A DNA stretch of 63,560 bases, filler included, from Globobulimina sp. (GCA_003354225.1; 34 parts of 34 records of this genome joined end to end with filler, not necessarily neighbours in it); one strand, 5' to 3'. Shown: positions 45,208 to 57,947, counted from the whole stretch's first letter. Translations and numbers: made by a program. The notes: generated by a model not told the origin, from the letters alone.

Positions 45208-46674
45208 TTATCGTATGCTCTCATTTCCTGTATCTACATTATCATTCCCTGAATCCCCAATTCCATCATTGCCCACACCATCATCCTCATCACTATATAC
45301 ACAACAAAATACATCTCACATCACACACAATTAACCTCAACACACACAAACACACCCTTTAGACCCACAAAATGTTGCTCTGATCCATTCAGAGTCCTTT
45401 GCCCGAACAACCGGCGTAAATCCATACAATATCGCATTGCATGTCCCCTATACAAAAACACACACATTCTTCACATACACAACACCCAAAATACATACAT
45501 ATAAACCTAACCAACAAAGCAGACGTAAAAACTTGACAGGCAGCGACACCAAACGGTGCCACATGGTCAGTACTGGCCCACTCTGCAATCCTTCGTATAG
45601 TGGCAAATAAATAGCACCCAAACAGCACAAAAGGATAAAATTTGATTCTCTGCAAAGTGCCACCGCCAGATTTTGGCGTTTTGTTATCGTCAATGGACTG
45701 TTGCTTAGCTTCGGCCATATCCGTAGCAGAGGGTTGATAGCCTCCGGCAACCACATCATTGGATGAATACTGCCGTTTGTGTCCAATGTCTGGGTCAAAC
45801 ACATCAGATATGCTCACCGATGGCTTTGCTGCATGCGGGTGAGACTGCGGCGGCGGCGCCGCGTTTTCTGCATCTATGTCATTGTTGATATTGTCTGTTT
45901 TGTCGGCGTCTGCAGTGTTTGCAGAGGCTTTGGGTTTGCTGGGTCCGGAGTCTTGCCGTTGTATTTCTGGCGCAGTCAATTGCCCCCAAACGCGGTAATA
46001 CATAATGCTCACAAAAGCAATGGAGGCCCATAGCGGAATATAAAAACAGAGCCATCGCCATAACTCGCCGTAAGGTTTGGGCTCAAAAGTTATCCAACAA
46101 CTAAGTATATGTTATATGGTGCGGCAACATGCGATTTTGCGTATGGCTTCACTTTGAAACTGGAAATTTGCAGTTTTCAAACTGAATTTGAGTCGAAATG
46201 TGTAAATTTGCGTTTTTTTTGGTGGACATACAGTGCGTTATCGAAGCCATAGTTGCCGGTGAAGAGTGGTAGTATGGACAGTGAGATGGTGGTTGGCCAT
46301 ATGATGAGATGTATTGTTTTGTACCAACGCTCTACGTCTTCGCGAGTGGGCCGTACTTCGCGACGGATGACGTTGTATATGACAGCTGCGATGGCAGTGA
46401 CCCAAGCAAATGATACGATGTCGCCAAACTGAGTTAATAGTGCCTGTAAAATGCATAGTGCTGATCCGTCAGATGGAGAGCCCATGAAATTGCCAACGGA
46501 GTTTATGATGTCACCAATGGCTACGAATAAAATCAATTTGAATGCAAAATTCGCTCTAAATTCTTCGAACAGGAAGAAATTTGTTATGATGAATGTTGCG
46601 CCTAAAAAAGAGAAGGTGGATGCCAGAATATTGAGAATTACCAATATATTCACTTCGGCCGAAGTGTATGGCAT
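45208..46674 (-). CDS. cAMP-receptor-like/GCR1-type GPCR; exons 46674-46232, 46100-45512, 45447-45356, 45292-45208
   Basis: SFLGATFII, KLILFVAIGD, LCILQA, SFAWVTAIA, L-CWI, FYIPLW, RIKFYPFV and GTCNAILYG. Three GT-AG introns (131, 64, 63 nt) give one continuous frame. Confidence 0.9.
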
Positions 46675-46818
46675 GTTTAGAATCTATTGGCTTTTCGAAT
46701 TTACATCAATTAATGACTNNNNNNNNNNNNNNNNNNNNNNNNNNNNNNNNNNNNNNNNNNNNTTAATTAATTAANNNNNNNNNNNNNNNNNNNNNNNNNN
46801 NNNNNNNNNNNNNNNNNN

Positions 46819-48254
46819 TTTTATTTTTTTTACCGCAATCATCAAAATATAAATCATACGTTTCAGAAATACCAGTTTTTGATTTAATCTGTGGAGTTTG
46901 CGACATTTTCACCGCAGCGGCAGTCACCGAGTCCGACTCATTTATTTCCAATGCTTTCTCCACCAATTCGTCTGCCAACTGTTTAACATTTTGTTTTAAT
47001 TCAGCTTTTGTTGGGGATCGGCCATTTTTAATCAAAAACGTCGAGCTTGCCGCATATAATAAATCTTTTGCCATCGCATCAAATTTAGCGCTTTCTTCGC
47101 TGTCAAATGGCTCAGTTTCATCTTCGATTAATTGCGCTTTTATTCTGGTAAATATTGCAATTAATTCATTTAACGACGCCTCGGCACCATTTAATTCATA
47201 AAATGTTTCTGCAATTCTTTCCGCCAAAACACTGCCATCAAATCTGCCTCGTTCGCGTACAAATTGCAAAGCGTCTTTTAATTGCAATCGCCAATCTAAT
47301 TCTGGCTCTTCTTTTTCTTGTGTTGCGGCATTTGTATCTTGGTTTGGATCATAATCGGGATCAACCATTCGATCCGACGGCAATGCAGTTAATCCATCCA
47401 CTAATTGTTGGAATACCCTCTTTACATCCTCTTCAATCTCCGATGCAGTTGGATTTCTACCATGTTTCTCTTGAAATTCTTGTCGAATTCTTTTATCCGC
47501 TTCGCTTCGAAAATAAACTGTATAAAATTATACAAATATACATATATTTTTGATGAGTAATCACAAAAAAAACAGAACCTGAATCAGAACCAAAAGCCAA
47601 TGAGGATCGTGCTTTAATTTCTGTGTCATCGACAGAATTATAATTTTGACGTATTTGTTGTGTTAAATCTTGATTTTTATCAACAAATTCTTGATATTGT
47701 TTTAAGAAAAAATTAATCGGATTACCCTCTGCATCGGCAGCAAATAATAAATAATTTCCATAAAATTGTTGATTGCAAAAAGGTGGCGGTAATATATTTT
47801 TATTTAATTCTGCTTTGCAAAAACTTCGCTGATTTAATGAACGTACGATAATAACACCAATTTCTTCAAATTCTCCAACAATGGTTGGGCGCCCATTTAA
47901 TATTTGATTTAAATTCTTTGATGATGCGATATATTTAATTTCTTCTGAACTGCCATCTGCTTTTAACAATACTGCCACACTCTCTTCTTTTCTATTTAAA
48001 TTTTCTTTTACTTTTAAGGCTCTTTCAGATAAAGAGGATGGAAATAATAATATGGAGGCCTTTTCTTCCTCTTTCGATTCGTCCAAAGCTACATTCCCAT
48101 TAACTTTGTTTATCTCTTTTACGACTTGAACGGGATCTAATTGTAAAACAGTCTCAATTTCGGGTGTTTTAGCTTCTTGTTGCTGTGATGAAGAATTCAA
48201 TGATTTTGGTGCCTGGCTGGCTTCTTGCGGTACTAAGTGAGAGGTAATCATCAT
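46819..48254 (-). CDS. Hypothetical protein with repeated G-R-x-P-T-x-x-E helical units; intron 47578-47518; 3'-partial
   Basis: The 61-nt intron joins the 47493-48272 ORF to the 46763-47401 frame. Units: FQEKHGRNPTASEI, FYELNGAEASLNEL, FLIKNGRSPTKAEL. Confidence 0.7.
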
Positions 48255-48690
48255 CAAATTATTCCAAGGCAAATTTAAGAGAATCTGATGTCTTAAAAAG
48301 CAACGGTTGCTCAGTTGTTAGAAGTACGAAATGGTAAGAAAGTTTGAGTTTTTGTGACAAAAAAATACTGTTTATATTACTAGCTAAGCTGCTTTGGCAA
48401 TACAGGATGACTGTTCACTAATATCATGATAATTGGTAATATGTTAAAATAAAGCGAGAAATCCGTGTTGTATACCAATTCTAAGAGGAGACAAGAAGGG
48501 AAAATGCAGGGGAAATGATTAATTCGGTTCATATGTCTATAGTTATATCTAGGATTAACAATTGCAAATTGTATTAGATTGGTTTTTTATNNNNNNNNNN
48601 NNNNNNNNNNNNNNNNNNNNNNNNNNNNNNNNNNTTAATTAATTAANNNNNNNNNNNNNNNNNNNNNNNNNNNNNNNNNNNNNNNNNNNN

Positions 48691-49643
48691 AGATTGGAGC
48701 TGTCGTTCCGAGGCTCACATTTAGCGCTGGCACAAAGAACATTGCTTTTACTCTCGCTCTCGATATTAATTCCTGCCATATTTGTACCAATAATATTCTT
48801 CATATTTGTGAATAAACCGTGTATTTGGGAATGGCAGCCAAGTGATATTAAAGTCAATGGGAATTTTGCATTTTGTGATGTTCACAGCGAAGGGGTTGCA
48901 AATATAGTCATAGCGGCCAGCATTGTATGGATTATTGTCATCAATATCATTTTTGGCGTGATATTTGGTGCGAAATTAAACCGTGTGTTGCGACATAATG
49001 CTGATGATCGAGGATCATTCAAATTAAAATCATTAATTATTAAAAACACTATATTGACAACGTTTGGGTCTATATCGACTTTGATTAATTGGTTTATTTG
49101 GTTGGTGCTGTCCGGATATATTGGCATTGGGACTTGCTTTTTATATTTGGATATGTGGTTCAATTGTTTTATAATTGCCTTAATGTAATTTGCTAACTTA
49201 CTTTTTAGTATTAAGCGGTTATATATTTTTATATTTTGCTGCAATTCAATAAAAAGTAAGTCATTAAATTAATTGTTTTTAGGTTTAAATATAATGATAA
49301 ATATTATAAACGATTCTGTAAAGTGTGCATTATTTGTTGTTTAATGGATTGCGATAAAACTTATGACAAAAATAATAAATTGGAACATGCGAAACAATTA
49401 AAGAAAACAAATAAATATTTGCGGCCTAGGAATGAATCTCAAGTATCCATATTTGCATCGCGAACGGAGCTATCTGCAGAAACAGCGAGTGGCTGTCCTC
49501 AGGGATCAAAAGAGGTTGTTTTATCAACGTCAGATATAGCCACCACACCGCCTCCTCCTCCTCCTCCTCCGTCAAATATTGAATTACCAATTACTTCGGT
49601 TGCGAGCAGAAGTGCTGAGACTTCAATACCGTTTACGTATTAA
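48691..49643 (+). CDS. 7TM GPCR-like protein, C-terminal half; intron 49185-49282
   Basis: Four TM helices, KNTILT, LYLDMWFNCFIIALM-FKYNDKYYKRFC across a 98-nt intron, poly-Pro tail. Confidence 0.75.
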
Positions 49644-50031
49644 TAATAATACTGTGTATATGCTGTATATGTTTTTGTGGCATTATGCCATTATCCATAT
49701 ACCAAATGTGAACCAAGTTCATTATTTTCCCTTTGTTTCTTCTACATTTGGTATTTACGGATATTATGTATATAATGAGAAAAAAGTGAAGAATGGTTCA
49801 TTTTTATCAAACACGCGTTTTTTGCAGATTTTTCAAAAACATTTTCCGAAACCAACACAAGACCCACCATTTGAAAATGCGCAAATTCGCAACCCGTAGT
49901 GATTACATTTGCATTATTTTTTTTGCAAAATTATTGAAAAGAAGAATATTGATCAAGATGTACTAAATGTGTTTGCGTGGTATATTTTATATTTGTTATA
50001 TATGTTTTTGTGAATAAACAGGGAATTATAA

Positions 50032-50415
50032 TTATTGAACAATAACAAATGCGATGGTATATCCGTCATCGTGCGACACTGTAACCATAATATTATTATA
50101 TTGTGCATTTGTAAACCATTCGAGTGCTCTATTATGCAACACAATGATTGGTGCTTTAAACTCATTTCTCGTGTATTCAATATCAGGAAATAACAATCTT
50201 TTGCCTGTTGCTTTAACTGTTGCTTCTTTTACTGCCCACAATGTCGCAAGATATTGGATTTGTTTATCATTATATTCAGACAATGAATGGAAATGATCAA
50301 TCTCCGATGGATGCAATGCTTTAATTAAATATTTGTGGGGATATTGCGAGTATAATTTAAAGACTCTTGATGTCTTACACAAATCGACTCCGATCCCACG
50401 AATTCCAGGCAGCAT
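50032..50415 (-). CDS. Holo-[acyl-carrier-protein] synthase (AcpS-type 4'-phosphopantetheinyl transferase)
   Basis: IRGIGVDL, YLATLWAVKEATVKA, VTVSHDDGYTIAFV. Confidence 0.92.
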   Translation of the reverse strand: MLPGIRGIGVDLCKTSRVFKLYSQYPHKYLIKALHPSEIDHFHSLSEYNDKQIQYLATLWAVKEATVKATGKRLLFPDIEYTRNEFKAPIIVLHNRALEWFTNAQYNNIMVTVSHDDGYTIAFVIVQ

Positions 50416-50562
50416 TCTCAACTTAGTTTTTTTTTTGCTTACTTATTTATTTTAGCTGTCACNNNNNNNNNNNNNNNNNNNNNNNNNNNNNNNNNNNNNN
50501 NNNNNNTTAATTAATTAANNNNNNNNNNNNNNNNNNNNNNNNNNNNNNNNNNNNNNNNNNNN

Positions 50563-50952
50563 AATCATTAATATGGACATAATTAATATCCCAACTGGTT
50601 CGAGCCGTGTTCTTCCGGCCGGAAAGTTTGCTTTTTGTTTTCGAACTGCTCTCTGAGTGTAAAATAGAATCATTTGAGACACTAAATCACAAAACGAATC
50701 TGTTAAAGCAGCGATCACTGCAAAAGAATTTGTCTCTATGAATACTGCTATTTTTATTAAAAACAATGTAATATTTACAAGTAATGAGATTTTTGTTGCA
50801 AATCCAATTCTATTCATTGTTACCGTTGATAGGTTTATTAAATCTGCATTAATATCACATCCATTTATGGTACCATATGATGATACAACTGCTACTTTTA
50901 TTTGATTAGTCAGATTTGCTTCTTTTAAAAGCTTGTTCTCTTCCGATTTCAT
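50563..50952 (-). CDS. Cation diffusion facilitator (Mn-CDF/MTP-like), N-terminal fragment
   Basis: ISLLVNITLFLIKI, SFAVIAALTDSFCDLVSQ (DxxxD), FPAGRTRLEPVGI. Confidence 0.9.
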
Positions 50953-51336
50953 TATATTTCACACAAAGTGAAAACGTAAATTTTATGCGGATGCGGAGGA
51001 ATCTTTTTTGAGTGAGGAATCCTTGAAATCTTTTTGAGTGTGAGAATGATTGGAAACGGAATGGAGCAAAAAAAGAAACGCAAAACGCATTCAAACCCAA
51101 ATGTTTGTCATGGTCAAAGGAATCAAGGAATCCAACATCCGCCAGCCTTATAAGTAGTTTTTTGACAGCATAAAATTAATATTTTCTTTGGTCTATCAAT
51201 GTTTTGTTGTTTGAGTCAAAGTCACTTCGACAAAGAAAAAATGAAAAATTATTCTGATACAAATCATACAATAAACGTCAAAACAATACATAACGCACTC
51301 AGCGGTTACGCAAGTCAGCGAGTTGTTAATTGTTAT

Positions 51337-51972
51337 TCACTCATTTTTATTTGTCGCAACTTTATCATTTTTATTTTCATTGACTGTTTGATTTTTATCC
51401 ACTTCATTGTTCAACATTTCATTTCTATTTTCATCCTTTTTTGTTTCTTGCTCCTCAATCTCATCGTTTTTGTGTTCTTCGCCATTGTCACCATCACCGC
51501 CAATCTCTTTAGAGATGGTATCGTGCCATAATTTAATATCAACATTGTCAGTAACAACATTGGCAAACTCATGTATCAAATCACAGACAGTTTCATCAAA
51601 TTGCGGCGATTCTAAACCAAAATGTCCGATATCTTTTTCAATATAACATTGATTAATATCACCTTTACATTTATCAATGTAATTATTTAATTGTTTAACC
51701 GACGTGAAACCATCATCGCTGCCATGAATAAATAATTTTGGTTTATTCGAATCTGTTATTTTCGTATAATGCTTTCCAAATATCATTGATGATAAAAAAC
51801 CAAATGGATATCCAATGAAGACACCACCAACAATATAATTATAGTCAATATCACCAAATGCAGATCCAGCGATGGGCGCTCCTGCGGATGAACCAATGAT
51901 AATGATTGGTTTGGAGATAATTACTTTGAAGAGTTCACAGATATCAATGATGATGGCTTTTGTGATTGTCAT
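51337..51972 (-). CDS. Alpha/beta hydrolase, C-terminal half; 5' end replaced by unrelated DNA
   Basis: IIIIGSSAGAPIAG, FIGYPFG, KPKLFIHGSDDGFT, IGHF; acidic tail. Confidence 0.85.
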   Translation of the reverse strand: MTITKAIIIDICELFKVIISKPIIIIGSSAGAPIAGSAFGDIDYNYIVGGVFIGYPFGFLSSMIFGKHYTKITDSNKPKLFIHGSDDGFTSVKQLNNYIDKCKGDINQCYIEKDIGHFGLESPQFDETVCDLIHEFANVVTDNVDIKLWHDTISKEIGGDGDNGEEHKNDEIEEQETKKDENRNEMLNNEVDKNQTVNENKNDKVATNKNE

Positions 51973-51975
51973 GGG

Positions 51976-52334
51976 TTGAAAAAGAGGGTCATTGCAGCAA
52001 AAAACAATACCAGCAAATCAGTCTCCAATATGAAATGTACCAAAGACATGGTTACTGTTCCTAAAGTAGGAGACTTTTTGAGGAAAGTTGTATGTCGGCA
52101 TCCTACTGAATGGAGTGAAAAAACCGATAATGAAGTCAGTAAATGGAAAAGATTGGAAGGCCATCCTTGGTTCATCCCTGAAGATACGATTAAATCGGAA
52201 ATTCTGCCTCACATAAATTCTCTTCAGTGGTGGGATAAGGTGGCAGAGAAATACGGACCTCCACGAATAGACGCTTTTCCAAATTCAAAACAATTGTGGT
52301 TCTTCCACCCGATTAAGTTTATTGAGCATTTGAA
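51976..52334 (+). CDS. Bacterial-type fragment resembling the linker region of proteobacterial secreted peptidoglycan-hydrolase/effector proteins
   Basis: LRKVVCRHPTEWS...LQWWDKV...LWFFHPIKFIEHL. The motif is recalled from bacterial proteins and was not checked by search. Confidence 0.55.
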
Positions 52335-52434
52335 NNNNNNNNNNNNNNNNNNNNNNNNNNNNNNNNNNNNNNNNNNNNTTAATTAATTAANNNNNNNNNN
52401 NNNNNNNNNNNNNNNNNNNNNNNNNNNNNNNNNN

Positions 52435-53921
52435 AATCCTGGAGCAATGATACATAGTCGGCAACTGCAAATGGTGCAGCATGCATACAAAATAATGCAT
52501 ATGGTGATATATTTGAACCACAGGATGAAAATTGTTTATTTTTGAATATATGGACACCCACAAAGTCAGCTAATGATCGCTTACCAACAATGGTATGGAT
52601 CCATGGCGGCGGGTTTGTGGTTGGTGATAGTTCCTCATTTGAGTACAACCCAATAAATTTTATCGGTAAAACTGGCTCAAATGTAATTGTCGTAAGCATA
52701 AATTATAGATTAGGACCGCTCGGATTTTTATCCTCCAAACAATTGTACGAAGAAGACCCAAACTGGAAAAGTTATGGTGGAATGAATGGGATATTTGATC
52801 AGATCCAGGCATTAAATTGGATTCATAAATATATCTCTGATTTTGGCGGTGATCCCAACGCTGTCACAATTTTCGGAGAATCAGCAGGTGGATTATCTGT
52901 GTGTTATTTACTGATATCACCACTGATTCCAGCAGGTTTATTTAAGCGTGCTATTATCGAAAGTGGTTCGTGTGTCGGACCGTGGGGACCTCAGCAGACA
53001 GACGCAGCCATTGCCTATTCAGATGAACGATTGTTATCAGCCGGGTATACAACGAATGTTGCTGAGTTGAGACAAGTTAATGCAACAAAACTTACTTTGG
53101 ACGTGTTGCGGAATGGCGCGGGTTGGGCGGTTGCGATCGATGGCTTGGTTTTAGATCAAATGCCGGCTTTAAGTTATATGGATATTGACAGAAACACTAT
53201 CAATGCGAATGCGATGATAATTGGATTCAACTCTTTGGATGGAATCATGGGTTGGCCGTATTTCATTGGTCCGCATCCCGACAATCAAGTTGAGTTAAAT
53301 GAATATCTAGCAATGTATATTAAGAATGAAACGCAAATATCTGAGTTGGAAAATTATTATTATCCATTAGCTGATTTTGTGGGATATAATAATAATACCA
53401 ATGCATCGATTGTATGGTATACCATGAATGCCGATGTTTGTTTAATATGTCCATCTTTGATGCAAGCGACTTATATCGGTGATAATGATAAATTAAAAAC
53501 ATTTGTTTATTATTTTCGTGGGGGAACATATCCATTTTATGCGCCACACGAAAGTGAACTTTCATTTGTTTTTGATCATTCAAATGAAACTCGACAATTT
53601 GATGTTGTATGGAGTCAATCATTATCAAATGCTATGATATCAGCATGGTCAAATTTTGCTTTATATGGTGTTCCAGATATCGATATTATTAATAATGATG
53701 ATGTTAATATTGAATGGCAATCGTTTGCAACCAATGAAAATGTGATGATGTTTCCGGATGATACTGGTATTGCAATGCAATCACAATTCTTTCAATATTA
53801 TCGCAATGGTGTTTGCAACTTTTGGTATAAACAAATGGGGATTGAGACAATGAACGCAGTTTGTAATAATATAACAAAAGCAACTGTTCTGACCCTTGGA
53901 AATTGCAAAAAAAAAATATGA
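52435..53921 (+). CDS. Carboxylesterase type B / cholinesterase-like, 5'-partial
   Basis: ENCLFLNIWTP, MVWIHGGGF, NYRLGPLGFL, FGGDPNAVTIFGESAGG, APHESELSFVF. Confidence 0.95.
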
Positions 53922-54556
53922 TATTTACAATCAATCTAAAAAGTCAGTCAATTTATATTGTTTAAATCATATTCAAGTAGTCATGTTGTTAAACCATTAT
54001 TGAGCGCTGTTGCCCATATTATTGCATTCCTTGTATGGCCACCAATATGAGGTGAACTCAGTATGCGTGTTACCAACAAAGTCGCTGTGATTTGATCAGA
54101 ATTAATGCAAATTAAATGTTGGAAAGTAAATTAATACAAATCTGAAAAAAAAACAAAAAATTAAATCATCAATGAGTGTCACTTGCAGCATCTTCATCAT
54201 CTTCGNNNNNNNNNNNNNNNNNNNNNNNNNNNNNNNNNNNNNNNNNNNNTTAATTAATTAANNNNNNNNNNNNNNNNNNNNNNNNNNNNNNNNNNNNNNN
54301 NNNNNCTAACACTAGGGCATCCCGTAACATTTTGGGCGTCGGTCATGGGCACATTTGCATGTGTACTGTACGAACAGCTATTTCGACTCAAACATTGTAA
54401 ATTAATTAAAGGTACTGACCTGTCTCTTACTAAATTTTATTATGCAAGCATAATTGGTCCAACAAACCGCTTGGGAGTGGGTGAAAATGTTGAACCATTT
54501 AACACACAACAACATATACAGAACAACAATTAATAATACAAGAACAGAAAGTTATG

Positions 54557-56076
54557 TTATACTTGGACATTCCAAATGGTAGCCCTAAAATGGTTACTTT
54601 TAACTGATCGACGAAACTGTAAATAAGGTTTTTCAATAATATCACGTGAAATAGTATTCCATAAATTACCAAAATGATATAAAAAACTGGTCAAGGAACG
54701 GGCATGAGAGTACTGCTTAAGGACAATATTAGCACCATTACACAATCTGGTAGACCTACGCAAGTTAGTGTCTCTTTCGAATACAATACACAAAGATGGT
54801 AAAATACGTAAATTATTAATATACTTATACATCAAGCACAAACCGGATTGTAGTACAAACTTGGTGATTTTCACCCATTTTAACTCTCTAAGCATCATGT
54901 CATAAGACAAGTTAAACCTATTTAAAGATAATTTACAGGCATATTTTTGGACTTTCTCTAAGGCACATTTATCTTTTTCATAATACGGATAAGAGACTGG
55001 GATAGCATACAATAACGATGGACGGATAACAGCCATATAAACTTTGGCAATAATTGATGGCACATGTTTACGAACGACACGAGATAAACATCCTAACATT
55101 CGTTTGGCCGCAGCTACTTTATTACGAACATGTACATCAAATGACAATTTGGGGTCGACATGCACACCTAGGTATTTATAAGATTAGACACGTTCAATGA
55201 TGGTGTTATTGATATGTAATGGGGCAGAGAGAGAAAGAGTACTAGGCGGAGGTGTTGTAGAGACCGATAAAATCATATATTTGGTCTTGGAAAGATTGGG
55301 ATTTAGAGATAAAGATGTAAAGTGACCTGATATGATTTTGAGGTCCTCGCGTAACTCTCTTTCTGACTCTGGTGTATCTAACGTTTTGACATAAGCAAGG
55401 TCATCGGCAAAGCCAATTACATGCGACAGTGACAAGGACAATAGAGTTACGGAATTGAAGTATGACAAGAACAACAGTGGTCCAAGGGCACTGCCTTGTA
55501 TTGTACCACTAACAACTTTTCTAGCACTAGACGCAGATGACCCAACAGGAACAGAATGAGTGCGATTAGTTAGATAGGATTTTATCATACATACTAAGTA
55601 CATAGGTACTCCATATGTACTTTCCAGGCAAGTAAGTAGACGCCCATGTGGGACGCTATCAAAAGCTTTACAAACATCCCAAAACACGACACAGACCTTA
55701 CTAGGCACAGAACGATTATTACAACTTTGCCAACCGTCACACACAACTTTTTCAAAGAAACAAAGAGCGTCTACAGTACTGCGTTGTGATCTAAACCCAA
55801 ACTGATTCTCAGCTAACAAAGGATCTACATATGGTAACAATAAATGACATATATGTCGTTCAAATATTTTCGAAATAATAGAAAGAAGTGAAATTGGCCT
55901 ATAATCAGCCGGCTCCATTGAGTTACCATTTTTAGGAACAGGAGTGATGATAGCATGTTTCCATTTTGTCGGATATGTCCCTTCTGCCAAGCAACGATTG
56001 AAAAGTGAAATCAGTGATGGTGCAATTTGATGTGAAGTCTCTTTTAGCATTCGCGCTGTGATACCATCGCTTCCAG
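54557..56076 (-). mobile_element. Non-LTR retrotransposon (LINE, CR1/L2/Jockey-like) ORF2 3' part with in-frame stop at 55184-55186
   Basis: YRPISLLSIISKIFE, NQFGFR, DVCKAFDSVPH, GTIQGSALGPLLF, FADD, ERV*SYKYLGV, IRPSLLYA, LEKVQK. Confidence 0.93.
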
Positions 56077-56176
56077 NNNNNNNNNNNNNNNNNNNNNNNN
56101 NNNNNNNNNNNNNNNNNNNNTTAATTAATTAANNNNNNNNNNNNNNNNNNNNNNNNNNNNNNNNNNNNNNNNNNNN

Positions 56177-57546
56177 ACGTGTCATTGTTTTCCCAAAATC
56201 CCATATTCAACCACCCTGTGGATGTATCTTCAGGTGAAATTGTTCGCGTCCACACTTGGAACAAACGGGAATACACCCATTCCATGTCACATTTGAACCC
56301 AACTGTTCCATTTCTGATCAAATTTAGAAGCATACATCGGAACAATCCTAACCACGCCCAACCGCTGATTCGGAAAGGATTCCAATTGTCTCGAAAGATT
56401 CTGAAAGGATCACAATATAACATAAATCGATATGGAATGTTTGATGCTTTTGTTGTATTACTTAATTGTTGAGCAAATTGTTGGAGTTGGTTGTTGGATA
56501 TTTGATTTTGTTGCGGTTGATGTACCTAAATATATTTATTATAGTTTATTAAATATATTTTATAACAACACATTGCAAGTGTGATAATCATTACGTATTG
56601 ATATTAGTATTCGGTCAGATACACACTATTTGTATTATATACATTTGGGTTTAGCTAAGTTTGTGTTGCAGCAGAGGGTATAAGTGAGATCACGTGGGCT
56701 TGGACATAGCCAGTTGTTCCCACTATTCACACTACAAACATTAATAATTTATGTATATAATTCAACCAATCTGAAACATTATATTTAATTTCAACCATTA
56801 TAATTCAACCATTATAATTCAACCAATATAATTTATGTATTAATGAAGGTTAGATGATATTCTTTAACTATTTTAATATTAGATTTTCACTTCTAATGTG
56901 ACTCAATCAATATTAACACTACCTTTATTTGTCATTATTACTACCTTTATTAATTATTACTACCTTTATTTGTCATTTCAATTGACGAAAATAAATTCTA
57001 CACTTCAATACTACTTATTAAATATGAAACGAATGGAATTTGAAATAGACTCAGATATAACCGGATATAATTAGACCATAATCGGATATAAATGGACCAT
57101 AATTGATTTATTTGATGTAATTGGATCATAATTGATTTATTGATATAATTGGACCATAATTGATTAATTAAATATTATTGAATATGATTATGCACATAAT
57201 TGACTAAATGGATATAATTAAATATAAATGGATATAATTGTGCATAATTGTATATATTTGGATATAATTTAATAATTTCAATTATTTAAATAAGTGAGTA
57301 TTGTGCAATTGATCAGTGTAGTGGTAGTTTGTATTTTATTTTGATAAAATAAACACATGTAGTGTGAAAATGTCCGAATAGATAATAAAAATAGATAAGA
57401 AAAAAGAAAAAAGAAAATGGACATACGTTTCGTGGTTGTTGAGGTGGTGCTGCACCTCTATGTCTACCACGTCCTCTTCGTCTACGTCTACCTCGGCCTC
57501 CGCCTCGGTTGTTATTTGTGTCACGGCCACTTCGTAATTGGACCAT
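56177..57546 (-). CDS. Putative SAM-dependent methyltransferase N-terminal part; exons 57546-57427 and 56525-56177
   Basis: RG-rich exon 1 ends at AAC|GTATGT. Phase-0 acceptor TTTAG|GTA at 56526 leads into an open frame ending TGWLNMGFWENNDT. Confidence 0.55.
57054..57270. repeat. Degenerate ~11-nt tandem repeat (GGAYMTAATT-like) inside the predicted 901-nt intron
   Basis: Repeated GGATATAATT / GGACCATAATT / GATCATAATT / GCACATAATT variants. Confidence 0.7.
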
Positions 57547-57706
57547 AATTGTTTAGTTGGTTTGGTTGCTGGCTCTCTGTTCGTAACGCTAGGTGTGAGA
57601 TACCAATGTTGAGTTATACAAGATTTAGAAGAAAGAGAGAAAGGATAAGATAATAATTTAATATAAATAGGAACTAAAAATAGCAACAATGTATTAGAGA
57701 TTATGA

Positions 57707-57947
57707 TTATGAACTATCGGAGTTTAGGAGTTTAGATATGGATAGAACCAGAGGCGTACAACAGCGTCCACCAGTCTGAAGCGCACGGAATGCTTCGTGA
57801 TAAAATTTAGACCGATCCATATGGAAAACAATTATATGTGTAAATGTATTGTCCAACCTCCTGTCTATCGATGTTGCATCCATAAGCATGAATTCGACAT
57901 TGGAAAGTCTGGTGTCTTTGAGTGCTGTTTTTGCTTCGCTAATGTGG
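57707..57947 (-). CDS. Class I SAM-dependent methyltransferase, C-terminal fragment (possibly degenerate)
   Basis: HISEAK......NVEFMLMDATSI.....TFTHII..FHMDRSKFYHEAFRALQTGG. Confidence 0.65.

Noticed and set aside
25170-55186. TAA reassigned to an amino acid (in-frame TAA in the carboxypeptidase and the LINE)
   Set aside because: Many intact genes here end at TAA at the expected position (e.g. GH28, TFIIA-gamma, AcpS) and long ORFs lack internal TAA. Two isolated stops fit mutation or error.
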